A DNA stretch of 64,000 nucleotides. Origin: an uncultured delta proteobacterium. GTDB lineage: Bacteria > Desulfobacterota > Binatia > UBA9968. The DNA is taken from positions 60,973 through 124,972 of the forward strand of contig CAWJZV010000028.1 of the NCBI GenBank assembly GCA_963847445.1, given 5' to 3'. This document shows, in pieces, positions 30,707 through 42,790 of the stretch (its first letter is position 1; each line of letters starts with the position of its first letter). The notes under the pieces were generated by a model, which searched no databases, was not told the origin of the DNA, and saw only the letters and a program-made list of their open reading frames with translations. Made by a program: the position numbers and the translations under genes.

Positions 30707-31563
30707 ATGGATAATCGAGTGAAAGCCATCGACATCATGTACTACGTCGCCACGCCGGAGTTCATCGCAGCGCTGGAACGAAGCGAAGAAAGGCGAGCTC
30801 ATCTGCCGCATGGAAAAAGCCATCGGCGGCTTGCCGCAGTACGACAGTTTCGACGCCATGCTCGCCAAGATGGACGAAGCCGGCGTGGCAAAAGGTTTTC
30901 ATCACCCAGACCAAGATGTGGTCGTACCGCAACAAGTGGATGTACATGGACACCCAGCTCGATGAAGTCGCCCAGTACACCAAACGTTACCCCGACCGCT
31001 TCGTCGGCCTGGCCGGTTACAATCCGTTTCGCATCAAAGAGTCGCTGACGGAAATCGACCGCGCGGTCAAAGAGTATGGCTTCAAGGGCGTCTACATCCA
31101 CATCTACGGTTTCGACATCCCGCTGCACGATGCGAAAATGTATCCGCTCTATGCCAAGTGCGACGAGCTCAAGATTCCCGTGTCCATGCAAGTCGGTCAT
31201 GTCTTGGAAGCGATGCCGAGCGAGCATGCCCGGCCGATTTATTTGGACCGCATCGCCAGCGACTTTCCCGAGCTGAAAATCGTCGGCGCCCACACCGGCT
31301 GGCCTTGGGTCGAGGAGCTGATTTCCGTCTGTTACAAATGGGATAATGTTTACTTCGGCGTCGATGCTTGGATGCCGAAATACTTAAAGCCGGAGATCAT
31401 CCACTACATCAACAGCCGCATGGGCCAGGACCGTTGCCTGTGGGGCACCAACGGCTTGCCCTGGAAAGAGAGCCTGGATCAGTGGGATGAGATGGGGCTC
31501 AAAGAAGCGACCAAGAAAAAGCTGCTGCACGATAACGCCGCGGAGCTGTTCGGTCTCAGTTAA
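30707..31563 (+). CDS. Amidohydrolase_2 family protein (frameshifted)
   Basis: YPDRFVG, GFKGV, MYPLYAKC, FPELKIVGAHTGWPW and WGTN. Confidence 0.85.
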
Positions 31564-31583
31564 CGCAGCGAAAGGAGAGCGCC

Positions 31584-31832
31584 ATGATGTGCCGATTCTT
31601 ATGCGCCGATTTCGAACTCACATTAAAATGTCCTGTCGACAAGACTGATCATAACGTCCGATTCCAGGCTTACCCGCAGTTGCGCGACCATGGGTTGGAC
31701 GTCGTCGCCTGCGATGCCGCAACCGAGGTCGAGCAGTTGACCTGCGGCAAAAATTGCCGGGCACTGCTTGAAAGCGGTCACTACTGGCAAAGGATTTATC
31801 CGGAAACGGTGAGTTACACGCAGAGCCAATAA
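31584..31832 (+). CDS. Small Cys-rich protein
   Basis: AAGGAG RBS; CP...VVAC...CGKNC. Confidence 0.7.
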   Translation: MMCRFLCADFELTLKCPVDKTDHNVRFQAYPQLRDHGLDVVACDAATEVEQLTCGKNCRALLESGHYWQRIYPETVSYTQSQ

Positions 31833-31888
31833 GAGTTTTCGATTGGATGAACGAATCGAAGCTGAGCCGCAACAGGAGCGAATGAGTT

Positions 31889-32669
31889 ATGTATCAAACG
31901 CTGCAATACCGCGAAGACGGCGCGGTGGCGACGATCCGACTGAACCGGCCGCAAAAAAAGAATTCTTTCAATGGCGCGATGCGCCAAGAGTTGGCGCAGG
32001 CGCTTCAAGCGATCGCGCGCAAGCCCGAGCTGCGAGCGGTAGTCATCACCGGTGGCGACGAGATTTTTTGCGCCGGGGCGGACATTAGCGAAATGGGCGG
32101 AACCCCGAGCGCGGAATCCTCCTATCACCACGCCCGCGAGTTTCAAATTCTTTTCGATCAAGTCGAATCGCTGCCGCAACCGGTGATCGCCGCGGTTTCC
32201 GGGTATGCATTGGGTGGCGGCTGCGAGTTGGCTTTGGCTGCGGATTTCCGCATCGCTTCGGAAACGGCGCGCTTTGGCCTGCCGGAAATCAAGATCGGCG
32301 CTTTCCCCGGCGGCGGCGGCACGCAAAGACTGACACGTCTGGTCGGCACCGCCAAGGCCAAAGAAATGATTCTCCTCGGCGATCCGATCAGCGCGCAAGC
32401 AAGCGCTCGCCATCGGTTTGGTCATGAAAGTTACGGCGACGGAACAGTATTTAAAAGAAGCCTGTAGCCTTGCCGCCAAGCTTGCCGCCCTGCCCCGTCT
32501 CGCTCTGCAAGCATCGAAGATGTTGATCAATCGCAGCCAGGATGTCGACCTGGCGACGGGTCTGGAGTTCGAAGCGCGCACTTTCGGCGCCATCGCGCAT
32601 ACCCATGATCTAGCCGAAGGTACGCAAGCCTTCTTGGAAAAGCGCCAGGCGAATTTCACCGGCTATTGA
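31889..32669 (+). CDS. Enoyl-CoA hydratase/isomerase (frameshift ~32400)
   Basis: FCAGADI, GGGCELA and PEIKIG..PGGGGTQRL; both catalytic Glu present. Confidence 0.92.
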
Positions 32670-32730
32670 TTCTACCCGAGAATCAACTATCGTCGCCGAC
32701 AAAATTTATCATCGAGGAGACACAGACACG

Positions 32731-33528
32731 ATGACCTACGATAGCTTTGTTTTCGAAAATAATGACGGCGTTGCGACGATACGCTTGAACGATCCGGAAC
32801 GGCTCAATGCGCTTACGTTTCAAGACCTACGGCGATCTGGAAAAGATTTTTGCCGAATCTAGCGCAGGACAACGGCGTCAAGGTCGTCGTCCTCACCGGG
32901 ACCGGCAAAGGTTTTTGTTCCGGCGGCCGGGTCGACGACATCATCGGCCCGCTGCTCAAGATGAAAGGCGACGAGCTTTACAAATTCACCCGCATGACCT
33001 GCAACGTCGTCAAGAACATGCGCAACTTAAAAAAGCCGATCATCGCCGCGGTCAACGGCATCGCCGCCGGCGCCGGTGCCATGCTCATGCTGGCGTCCGA
33101 CCTGCGCATCTTCTCGGATAAAGCGCGGGCCGCGTTTCTCTTCGTCAAAGTCGGCCTGTCGGGCGCCGACATGGGCGCGCTGTATTTGCTGCCGAGAATC
33201 GTCGGGCTGGGCAAAGCGACTGAGCTGGTCTTACTTCGGCGATACCATCGACGCCCAGGAAGCCCAGCGCATCGGCCTGGCCAATCGCGTCGTGCCCGGC
33301 GACGCGTTGATGGACGAAGCCTACAAATGGGCGGGACGACTCAAAGACGGGCCGCTCTACGCTCTCGGCGTGACCAAAGAGCTGTTCGAATACGAAGCCA
33401 ACGTCGATTTAGAAACCGCGCTGGAGATGGAAGCGGCGGCGCAGGCGAGATGCATGGAGACGCCCGACTTCATCGAGGGCTACAACGCGTTTGTCGAAAA
33501 GCGACCGCTGCGCTTTAACCGCGGCTGA
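32731..33528 (+). CDS. Crotonase-family protein (frameshifted)
   Basis: FCSGG, AVNG.AAGAG, FVKVGLSGADMG and EG..AFVEKR. Confidence 0.88.
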
Positions 33529-33551
33529 GAGCGGCACAGGAGGAAAACAAC

Positions 33552-34002
33552 ATGGCAAAAACTATTCACATCAGAAGTCTCGAAAAAGGCGATCTCGCGG
33601 CGATCGTCAACATGGAAGAACGCCAAACCGGCGTCGCTCGGCCCGACTACTGGGAAAAGCGGCTGGAGATTTCCGAAGCCATCCGGCCGCACTGGGCATC
33701 GCTGGTCGCCGAATACGATAACCGTGTCGTCGGATTCATCCTGGGCCGGGCCGGTGAACATGAGTTCGGCCTGCCGGGAACGGTGGCGTGGGTCGAGATG
33801 ATCGGCGTCGATCCAGCCTATCGCCGCCGCGGCGTTGCCGAAGAACTGATGGAGACAGTTCACCGAATCGGCCGAAGACCACGGCATCAAAACCATCTTC
33901 ACGCTGATCGATCCGAACCGAGCTGAATTGCAACATTTTTTCAGCCAGCTCGGTTTCGTGCACGGCAAGATGGTGCACTATCAAAAGGATCTGTCGAGCT
34001 AA
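33552..34002 (+). CDS. GNAT acetyltransferase, BadL-like (frameshift ~33855)
   Basis: SLVAE...VVGFILG...EFG and IGVDPAYRRRGVA. Confidence 0.82.
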
Positions 34003-34048
34003 CTCGGTGTCTCCGGCGAGTTCGCCGCCGAATACATGGAACCAACCC

Positions 34049-35201
34049 ATGGATTTCGAGTTGCCCGAAGAATTGGCCGAGGTACAAAAGCTAGCGCGCG
34101 ACTTTAGCGAAAAAGAAATCGCACCTAGCGCAGCAAAAGACGACCGAGAGCATATCTTTCGCCAAGACCTCGTCGTTAAAATGGGCGAGCTAGGTTTCTA
34201 CGGCTGTCTGATTCCGGAGACATTACGGCGGCAATGGTCTCGGTTTTCTCGCTCACACGCTGATCTCGGAAGAGATCGCCCGCGCGCACAGCGCCATCCG
34301 AGTCTACGTAAACATGCAAGCGGGCCCCGCCGTGACACTTTGCGAATTCGGCAACGAAGAACAGAAGAAAAAATATCTCCCGCGGCTTTTGAGCGGCGAA
34401 TCCATCGGATTGTTCGCCATCACCGAGCCCGATGCCGGATCGGACGTGGCGGCGATGAAGACCACCGCCAAGCGCGACGGCAAAGACTATCTGATTAACG
34501 GCACCAAGATCTGGATCACCAACGCCACGGTTGCCGATGCCGGCGTCATCTTTGCCTATACCAATCGCGCCGAGAAGCATCGCGGCATGTCGGCGTTCTA
34601 CGCCGACTTGAATCAGCCGGGTGTGAGCCGGCGCGACCTCGACAAGCTGGGCGCCCACGCCTCGCCGACCGGCGAGCTGACGTTCGATAATTTTCGCATT
34701 CCAGCGGAAAACTTGATCGGCCAAGAAGGCGATGGCTTCAAAATCTGCATGCGCCACTTGAATCATACCCGCCTCGGCTGCGCCGCCGGCGCCGTCGGCC
34801 TCGCTAAAGCCGCCCGCGAAGCAGCAGTCAGTTACGCCAACCAGCGCGAGCAGTTCGGTCAAAAGATCGGCCAATTTCAAATGAATCAGGATTTGATCGC
34901 GCAGATGCTCGTCCAGGAAGAATCATCGCGGCTGCTGGTTTATCGCGCCGCTTGTCTCGCCGACCGCGGGCGACCCTACAACTTGGAAGTCTCCATGGCG
35001 AAATACGCCGCCGCTGAAGCGGCTGCGTTTTGCGCCGACAGCGCGCTCAAGATTCTCGGCGCTTACGGCTACTCGACGGAATTTCCCGTCGAGCGCTACT
35101 ATCGCGACGCCAAATCCTATCAGATCGTCGAAGGTTCGGTGAATATTCAAAAGCTCATCATCGCCCAGGACGCGCTGGGATATAAAAAAGCAAATCGCTG
35201 A
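34049..35201 (+). CDS. Acyl-CoA dehydrogenase, non-decarboxylating glutaryl-CoA dehydrogenase-like (frameshift ~34222)
   Basis: ITEPDAGSDV, KLGAHASPTGEL, LNHTRL, FQMNQD, GAYGYSTE, IVEGS and C-terminal KANR. Confidence 0.85.
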
Positions 35202-35224
35202 GCCGTCGATGGGGAGAAATCGAT

Positions 35225-36064
35225 ATGACCGAGACGACATCTAAATCACGGGAGTCGTTCGAGCAGCCGGGCCTACCCTCCCAGCCGCTAAAAAAGATAT
35301 CCTTACAACGCGGCATCATCTACGGCCCCGTGCCCTCGCGCCGCCTCGGCCAATCCCTCGGCATCAACTTGCTGCCGACGAATCACAAGCTGTGTTCTTT
35401 CAATTGCCTCTACTGCCAATATGGCTGGACGAAAAACGTCACCTTCTCACCCGAAGAGCAATTGAAGAACCTGCCCTCGGTCGATGCCGTAGAAGCCGCG
35501 CTGGAGCAGGCCTTAACGGCGCTTGGGCGCGAACATAAGACCATCGATTGCATTACGATTTGCGGCAACGGCGAACCGACGCTTTATCCAGCTCTCGCTG
35601 AGGCGATCGTCGCGACGAAGATCCTGCGGGACCGCTACCAGCCCGAGGCGCGCGTCGCGATTCTTTCCAACTCGTCGACGGTCGGCAATCCAGCGGTTCG
35701 CGCCGCCCTTGATCGACTCGATCTAAAGATCATGAAATTCGACGCCGGCAGCGAAGAAATGTTTCGCCAGCTCAATCATCCGGCCGCGCCGGTTTACATG
35801 GGCGACATTATCGCTGGATTGAAACAGCTCAAAGACTGCTACCTGCAAGCCTGTTTCGTCCAGGGGAGGGTTACTAACGCCGATCCCGATTCGGTGGCCA
35901 TGTGGATCGAGAAAATCCGCGAGATTCATCCCCTTGCGGTGCACATTTACACCCTCGATCGTGAACCCGCCGATAAACGAATCGAAAGAGTCAGCCTGCC
36001 CACGCTCGAGTGGATCGCCCACGAAGCGCGCTGGCGGGCAGGTGTAACGGCGGATGTGTTCTAA
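35225..36064 (+). CDS. Radical SAM protein (COG0731-like)
   Basis: YGPVPSRRLG.SLGINL, CSFNCLYC and GNGEPTL. Confidence 0.9.
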   Translation: MTETTSKSRESFEQPGLPSQPLKKISLQRGIIYGPVPSRRLGQSLGINLLPTNHKLCSFNCLYCQYGWTKNVTFSPEEQLKNLPSVDAVEAALEQALTALGREHKTIDCITICGNGEPTLYPALAEAIVATKILRDRYQPEARVAILSNSSTVGNPAVRAALDRLDLKIMKFDAGSEEMFRQLNHPAAPVYMGDIIAGLKQLKDCYLQACFVQGRVTNADPDSVAMWIEKIREIHPLAVHIYTLDREPADKRIERVSLPTLEWIAHEARWRAGVTADVF

Positions 36065-36339
36065 ATAGAAACACTGGCCGAGTGATGCAGAGGGAATGGG
36101 CGAGTGGCGACGGGATGGCAGTCATACCGAGTTGATATTCTGTATAAGTCAACACTTGATCTGACAGTCGGCTGACAAGTTCTCATCCTCGGTCATGGTT
36201 GAGAGCTCCACTCGCGCCGCCTCCGTTGGACGTACGCCGCTCCGAAGTCGCGCGCCCGACTTGCGCGCAGGTTACGCGCCGAAAATCTGCCGGCTAATCA
36301 AATCATTATTCCGCCAGTGATCTTCTCCGGTTCGCTCGG

Positions 36340-36841
36340 TCATTCAACTTTCACCTTGGCGTCCTCGATGATCACATCGTATTTGTAACCAGCACCCAAA
36401 TCTTTATCGAGCGCAACGGTTCCTTCGACCAAAACCGTGTCGCCGACTTTTGCCTTGGCTTGGGTCGTCACGGTAAGGTCGTTGGTCGGCTCCTTGCCGG
36501 TGCCGTCGCGCAGATGGAGCCAGTTCTTTCCCATGATCGCCGCGCTGTACTTGACGACTTTGCCGCGCAGCGTCACTCGCTTGCCGTTGAGCTTGGCCTT
36601 TTCTTGATAAATTTCCTGCACCGTCTTGCCGTCCTTCGGCTTGACGATCTTCGAGAAGTCGAACTTGGGCGCCGCCGGCGCGGCGCCACCGCTCATGTCG
36701 ATATTCGGATGGCCTTCGGGAAGCGGCGCGCTGGCCGCCCAAGCAATGCCGGCGGCGTAACGATCCAACGCGATCGCACTCGCAGCCCAAAATGCCAACC
36801 GCTATCAAGAACCTTCCCGCCGTGTAAACAATTTTCCTCAC
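36340..36841 (-). CDS. Exported OB-fold protein with LPEGHP motif (indel in signal region)
   Basis: AAGGAG RBS plus GTG at 36841; GKVVK...IMGKNWLHLRDGTG...DLGAGYKYDVIIEDA. Confidence 0.7.
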
Positions 36842-37051
36842 TGTTTCTCCTTCGCTGAAGTATTTCTGTCGGACTGAGTTCGAGCGTAATAAGCACTCTC
36901 GTCACGGATAGTCCTAGGCACAGAAATTCGCAGGCAAACAAGTCGGCGAGGCCCAATATGACATCGCCTTCTGTCGGCGGAAGTCCCGGCATTCGGGTTC
37001 GGCAATGACTCTGGCCAATTGCGCCGATTAACCAAGTTCTCGGTCGGCACC

Positions 37052-37303
37052 CTACGTCGTCTTCATGGCATCATCAATCCAGGCGGCCACCGAAGCCGGT
37101 GAAGGAATACGCCCCGACGAAACCAGTTTTTCGTTAATCACCAGGCCGGGTGTGGACACGAGGTCATAAGCCAAGATCTCGTTGTAATCGGTAACTTTGG
37201 TGAACTCAGCCGTAACGTTTAGGTCGCTTGCAGCCTTACGGGCGATCTCCTCCAAGCGTTTACAATTGGCACAGCCAGGGCCGAGGATTTTAATGGTCAA
37301 CAT
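37052..37303 (-). CDS. Small redox-active disulfide protein (MTH895/TM0996-like thioredoxin)
   Basis: IKILGPGCANC and TPGLVIN..LVSSGRIP. Confidence 0.92.
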   Translation of the reverse strand: MLTIKILGPGCANCKRLEEIARKAASDLNVTAEFTKVTDYNEILAYDLVSTPGLVINEKLVSSGRIPSPASVAAWIDDAMKTT

Positions 37304-37341
37304 ATCGAAACCTCCTGCATGATCACAAAGTTTGCGCCTGT

Positions 37342-38806
37342 TTATCGTCTTGCTGATGATTGCGCTGGCTCACTAGCCATAAGGCGAGCGCCAGCAGGGT
37401 CAGAAATAGCCCAAGATAGATCGACGACGAGCCCCAGGCTCATGCCGTCCACCCATGCGCCGTAGATGAGCCCGGCGATCGTGCTGAAAAGCGCTACCCA
37501 AACGACATAGGTCCAGGTCTTGAGTTTACCGATGATGGCGGAAAGGATCAGAATGCTTTGCAGACTGAGCTCCGGATCGGCCATGAGATAGGCCAGCAGC
37601 GGGCCGCGGTGCATGCCCAGGCTAAGAAACAGTTGAGCGATCGGCACTTCCACCAGTGTCGGGAAGTACATGAAGACACCGAACGCGACGCCGGTCAGAT
37701 TACCGAGAAGCGTGTTGCTCCCGGCCAGGCTTTCGATCCACTCCGGGCGGATCAGCACCCGGATGACGCCGACCAAAAACACGCCGACCACCAGCAGCGG
37801 AAAGATCTGTTTGACGAAGCGCCACGACTCCCACAACCAGTCGCGCAATTCGTCCTCGGTCAGATAGGCGCGGCCGAGCTCGAAGAGAACCGCCAGCGCA
37901 AACAACACGCCGAAAAACTTGCCGGTGAAGCCGACACGCAGCCCGGCCAGGCGTCGCCTGCATGTTCAGGGCGGCCACCAGCAGCGTCACGCCAATCAGG
38001 ACTATCGCCGCCTTTGTCCACGCACTGAAACCGTCGTGGATGCGCTCGAAGCCGCGCCATGAAGCCAGCCCAATGGCAGCCAGCAAGAGAATCAGCAGCA
38101 CACCCTGCAACGAAACGCCTTCCTCTCCTTTGCCGGCATCGAAAGGAACCAGCCGGTCGAGCAGCGCCTGAAACTCTTGCGCCCCGGCGAGCGGTAGGTT
38201 CACGTAAAGGTAGGAGCCGGTGAGGATATCGAGCTTCAACGTGCCGACCAGCAGCAGTGCCACCCAGGTAAGCAGAAAAATCAATGCGGTGCGGCTCATG
38301 CCTTTATCGCTTTGCGCCGCGAACATCTGACTGGTCGCCGCATCATGAGCTGCGTCATCCGCTCGGAACAGCAGGGCCATGATCAGGCCAATGCCGATAC
38401 CGAAGGCAAGCGAGAGAAACAATCGGGCCAAGGCCAAGTCGACGCCGATGACGCTACCGGTGTAAACCAACGCCAAGATGTTGGCCGCAGGGGCGAAAAA
38501 AAGAAACGTGATCGCCGGGCCGATGCCGGCGCCCTTTTTGTAGATGCCGGCGAAAAGCGGCACGATCGTGCAAGAACACACCGCCAGCAAGCCCCCCGCC
38601 AGCGCCGCCGCTGGATACGAAACCGCTCGGCGCGTGTCGCGGCCGAGAAAGCGCGTCACGCTTTCCTTCGGGATCAGCGCGGTCATCGCCCCGGCGATAT
38701 AAAATGCCGGCAACAGACATAAGAGCACATGCGCCGCTAGGTACGCCGCTAGATTGCCTAGACCGCCGCGAGTTGCATTGACCAGGAACGCCGCAACATC
38801 CATCAC
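37342..38806 (-). CDS. ArsP/DUF318 permease (frameshifted)
   Basis: HVLLCLLPAF, AVCSCTIVPLFAGIYKKGAG and MYFPTLVEVP..GM..GP.LA. Confidence 0.88.
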
Positions 38807-38919
38807 CAGCTCCGTTCTCGTCGCCGGGCAACTGGAATCATTTGATGCATATCCTCCAAGATCATGTTGAAGGATCGTTATTAAATCTAACCATCGAAAA
38901 TCTTGGCCCTCCGGGTGAA

Positions 38920-39405
38920 CTACAGTTTATAGCCGATTTTGCGCAAGAGCTCTTTGCGCCAGGCGATGCCCTCTTCGTCTTCGACGCCTTGACTCTTGCC
39001 GCCGTCGATGACACCCATGATGCCGCGCCCTTGCGCGGTCTCGGCGATGATCACTTCGACCGGGTTCGCGGTGGCGCAGAAGATGCGGCAAACTTCGGGC
39101 ACCATTTTGATCGCGTTAAGCACGCTCACAGGAAAGTAACCGGCGCCGAGAAATAAAATAAAGCTATGTCCCGCCGACAGCGCCAGGGCGTTGCGCTTGG
39201 CCAGATCGATCATGGCGCCGTCGGTGCCGCTCCAGCGCACCAGCATGGCGCCGGACGCTTCGCAGAAGGCGACGCCGAACTTGATGCCGGGGATGCTTTG
39301 CACCAGCACTTCATGGATATCTTCGACGGTCTTGATGAAGTGACTCTGGCCGAGGATGAAATTGATGTCGTCGGGCTTATCGATGGTGACGGTCAGTAAT
39401 TCCAT
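38920..39405 (-). CDS. Adenosine-specific kinase family (DUF355)
   Basis: GQSHFIKTVED, AFCEASG and FCATANP...GRGIMGVIDG. Confidence 0.92.
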   Translation of the reverse strand: MELLTVTIDKPDDINFILGQSHFIKTVEDIHEVLVQSIPGIKFGVAFCEASGAMLVRWSGTDGAMIDLAKRNALALSAGHSFILFLGAGYFPVSVLNAIKMVPEVCRIFCATANPVEVIIAETAQGRGIMGVIDGGKSQGVEDEEGIAWRKELLRKIGYKL

Positions 39406-39454
39406 AACGCGATAACCTGCGAGCAGTGCGCGTGGGTATTGACTCGCTGCAACA

Positions 39455-39904
39455 CTAGCCGCTAGCGCGAATCAGCAGCACCGGCGCGCGCGAGTGTTGG
39501 ACGACCCTTTCGGCGACACTGCCAAGCATCCAACGACCGACGCCGGACCTGCCGTGGGTCGACATGGCGATGAGGCTTTGCGGCGATCCTGCGGCAAGCT
39601 CGACGATCTCGTTGGCCGCGTCGCCCTCGATCACAGTTGCGGTCACTGGGTCGACGCCGTCAGCACGCAGCCCGGCGACTTTGCCGTCCAAGTATTTTTC
39701 GCATTCCTCGTGCATCGACCTGCGATACTGCGCCGGCCCCTGGTCGATCACACCATCAGCGACCAAATAGGCGTCGGGCGGCAGGGCATAGGCTCTTACC
39801 AGCTGCACTTCGAGTTTTAGTTTTCTTGCCAGGGACGCGACATGGGGCAGAACTTTTTCGGCCAGGCCCGAACCATCCAACGGCACGAGAATTTTCTTAT
39901 ACAT
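39455..39904 (-). CDS. Universal stress protein (single domain)
   Basis: [12 protein letters not shown] and THGRSG..RWMLGSVAE. Confidence 0.92.
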   Translation of the reverse strand: MYKKILVPLDGSGLAEKVLPHVASLARKLKLEVQLVRAYALPPDAYLVADGVIDQGPAQYRRSMHEECEKYLDGKVAGLRADGVDPVTATVIEGDAANEIVELAAGSPQSLIAMSTHGRSGVGRWMLGSVAERVVQHSRAPVLLIRASG

Positions 39905-39933
39905 AGTCCCTCGCCTATCTCCTCGATCGACGG

Positions 39934-40844
39934 TCAATCCGCCGCGCGCAAGACCAATACCGGGTTGCCCGCGTGGCGGACGACGGTCTCGGTCACGCTA
40001 CCGAGCACCCAGCGCCGCGCGCCCGAGCGTCCATGGGAGCACATGGCGATCAAATAGTCAGGCTTGGTGCGCGCATAATGAATAATCGCGTCCCCAGCAA
40101 GTCCCTCTTGGGAGGCATAAGTAACCTTTACCAGCCCAGCCTTAGAGAGGGCGGCGCAGCGCTCTTCAAGATAGTGCTGCACATCGGTTTCGATGGCGGC
40201 GCTCAACCGCGGCAAATCCACCGCATAGGAGCCGCCGCCTTCGTAATAGCTGGCGTAGGGGACGTTGTAGGAACGAAAGAGAATCACTTCGAGGTCGAGT
40301 TGTCCGGCGACCTCGGCAACCAAGGGCAACACCTGTTCGGCGACACTGGAACCGTCGAGAGGAACGATGATGCAATCGAGCGTCTGGACACCGGTGACGG
40401 CTCCGCCTTCGGCGGCGCGCACCAGCAGCAGCGGATTCGCCGTCGCGCGCAAGACTTTCTCCGCGACGCTGCCGAGCAACCAACGTTGCAGCCCGGAGCG
40501 GCCATGGGTCGCCATGACGATGAGAGTGTTCTTATCGGCCGCCGCATACTCGACAATCGAACCGGCGGCCACGCCTTTCTTGACTTGGCATCTCGACCGC
40601 CACGCCGGCAAAGCTCTTGGCCGTCGAAGTCAAATATTCATGACGGCGGTGCGTCTCAAAATCGTCCAATGTATCGAGAAACAGTCCGCGCTCGGTCGCG
40701 ATATGGCGGGCGATCTCCTCAAGGTCGATCGCCGACAGCAACGTACACCGGCAAGTTCAATCCTTGCGCCAGCGCACGGCCATAGGGCAAGGCGATTTCC
40801 GCGACCGGCGAACCATCCAAGGGTAAGACAATCTTGCTAATCAT
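39934..40844 (-). CDS. Tandem-domain universal stress protein (frameshifted)
   Basis: MISKIVLPLDGS; two HGRSG..RW.LGSV motifs. Confidence 0.88.
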
Positions 40845-40871
40845 CGCCGCCGTCCAATTGGGCGCTACCGT

Positions 40872-41791
40872 TCAGGTGCCGGCGCGCAGCACCAATACCG
40901 GATCGCCGGAGTGGCGCACAACAGTCTCGGTGACACTACCGAGCACCCAACGCTTGACCCCAGAACGGCCATGGGTCGACATGGCGACTAGATTGGCCGG
41001 CGTCTCGCGGGCGAACTTGATGATCTCATCGGCGCTCAGCCCTTCCTTGGCGACGAAGGAAACATTGGCGACAGCCATTGCGCTTGAGGTCGAGCGACTT
41101 TCCTTTCGAGATAATCGAAGGTTTCTTCGCGCAGCCGGGCCAGGAACGCTTCGAGATTGACCGGATCGTAAAATCCGTCGCCGGTGCTATAGGCGCCGTA
41201 GGGGATGGCGAAAGCGCGAATCAGAACCACTTCGAGATCGAGGTTTCTTCGCCAACTCCTCGACCGTCGGCAGCACGCCTTCAGCGAGATCAGAGCCGTC
41301 CAAAGGCACGACAATCGATGTCAGCGCAGCTTCGCCCTGCGCTAGCGATGGGCTCGAGTCGCTTTGACCAACAGCAGTGGATTAGCCGTGGCGCGCAAGA
41401 CTTTCTCGGCGATGCTACCCAGGAGAAAGCGGTTCAGTCCGGAGCGGCCGTGGGTCGCCATGACGATGAGGGTGTTCTTGTCGACCGCCGCGGTCTCGAT
41501 GATGACGTCGGCGGCATCGCCCTTCTCACACCGCGTCGTCGACTTGCACACCACGCAGAGTTTTGGCGATTTTGCCGAGATACTCGGCGCTGTGGCGCGA
41601 CTTCATCTTCGAGCTAGCCGGTCGAGAAACAGTCCGTCGGCGGCCGACACGCTGCGGGAGATTTCGCGCAAATCGATGACGCCGAGCAGCTCCACGGGAA
41701 GCGCCAATCGGCGCGCCAATGAGCGGACCAGCGGCAGCGCGCTTTCAGCCGCCGTCGAACCATCCAGCGGGACAAGAATCTTGCTATACAT
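40872..41791 (-). CDS. Tandem-domain universal stress protein (frameshifted)
   Basis: [12 protein letters not shown]; two HGRSG motifs across fragments. Confidence 0.88.
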
Positions 41792-41817
41792 GACTGTCGT
41801 TCCTTGCGCCGGCTCGA

Positions 41818-42727
41818 TTACTTCGCCCGCACCACCAGCACCGGGGCGTCGCTGTGGCGCACGACATTTTCGGTCACGCTGCCCAGCACCCAACGTTTGA
41901 CGCCGGACCGGCCATGGGAACACATGGCGATCAAACGCGTCCGGGGTCTTGTGCCCGAGAGCGATGATTTCGTCGCCGGCGAAACCTTCTTTGCTCAGCG
42001 CCGACACCTTGGCGACACCGAGCTTCTTCATCTCGGCGACCTTCTTGTCGAGATACTCCTTGGCCTCATCGCGCACGCCGTCGATCAGCTCGTCATAGTT
42101 CACCCATAGTAGCCGTCATCGCCGCCGTAAGCGTTGTACGGCATATGGTAGGCGCGGAAGAGCACCACTTCGAGGTCGAGCTTCTTGGCCATGGTCGACG
42201 ACCAGTCGGAATCACGCTTTCGGCGAGCTCCGATCCGTCCAGCGGCACGATGATCGATTTGAACGGCGCTTCACCGCTGGTCTTCGCCTCTTCCGTTGGC
42301 GCGCACGAGCACCAAAGGATTGGCGCTGCCGCGCAGCACTTTCTCGGCGACGCTGCCCAACAGGAAGCGGTTCATTCCCGATCTGCCGTGGGTCGCCATG
42401 GCGATCAGCGTGCCGCCGTCCGCGCTCAGCCTTGCCGATGATCGCTTCTTCGGCGCGGTCTTTTTCCACCGTGCAGGTCACGTTGCCCTCGGGGAAAGTC
42501 GTCGCGATGCCGCGCAAATAAGTGGTGCTGGCACGCATGCCGTCTTCGATCATGGTATCGAGATGACGCGCCCTTTCAGCCGAGATATGGGTCGCCATTT
42601 CGGCGATGTCGAGGACGGCAAGCAGCTCGACGGGAATCTTGAACTTACCTGCCAAGTGACGAGCGTAGGGCAGGACTTTTTCTGCCGTCTTGGAACCATC
42701 CAGCGGTACTAGAATTTTGCTATACAT
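41818..42727 (-). CDS. Tandem-domain universal stress protein (frameshifted)
   Basis: [12 protein letters not shown]; two HGRSG motifs. Confidence 0.88.
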
Positions 42728-42790
42728 ATATTTCTCCTCATCTCCTCTGCGATCGTTCGGCGACTCCCTACGCTCGTCGGCCCGCGCCTG

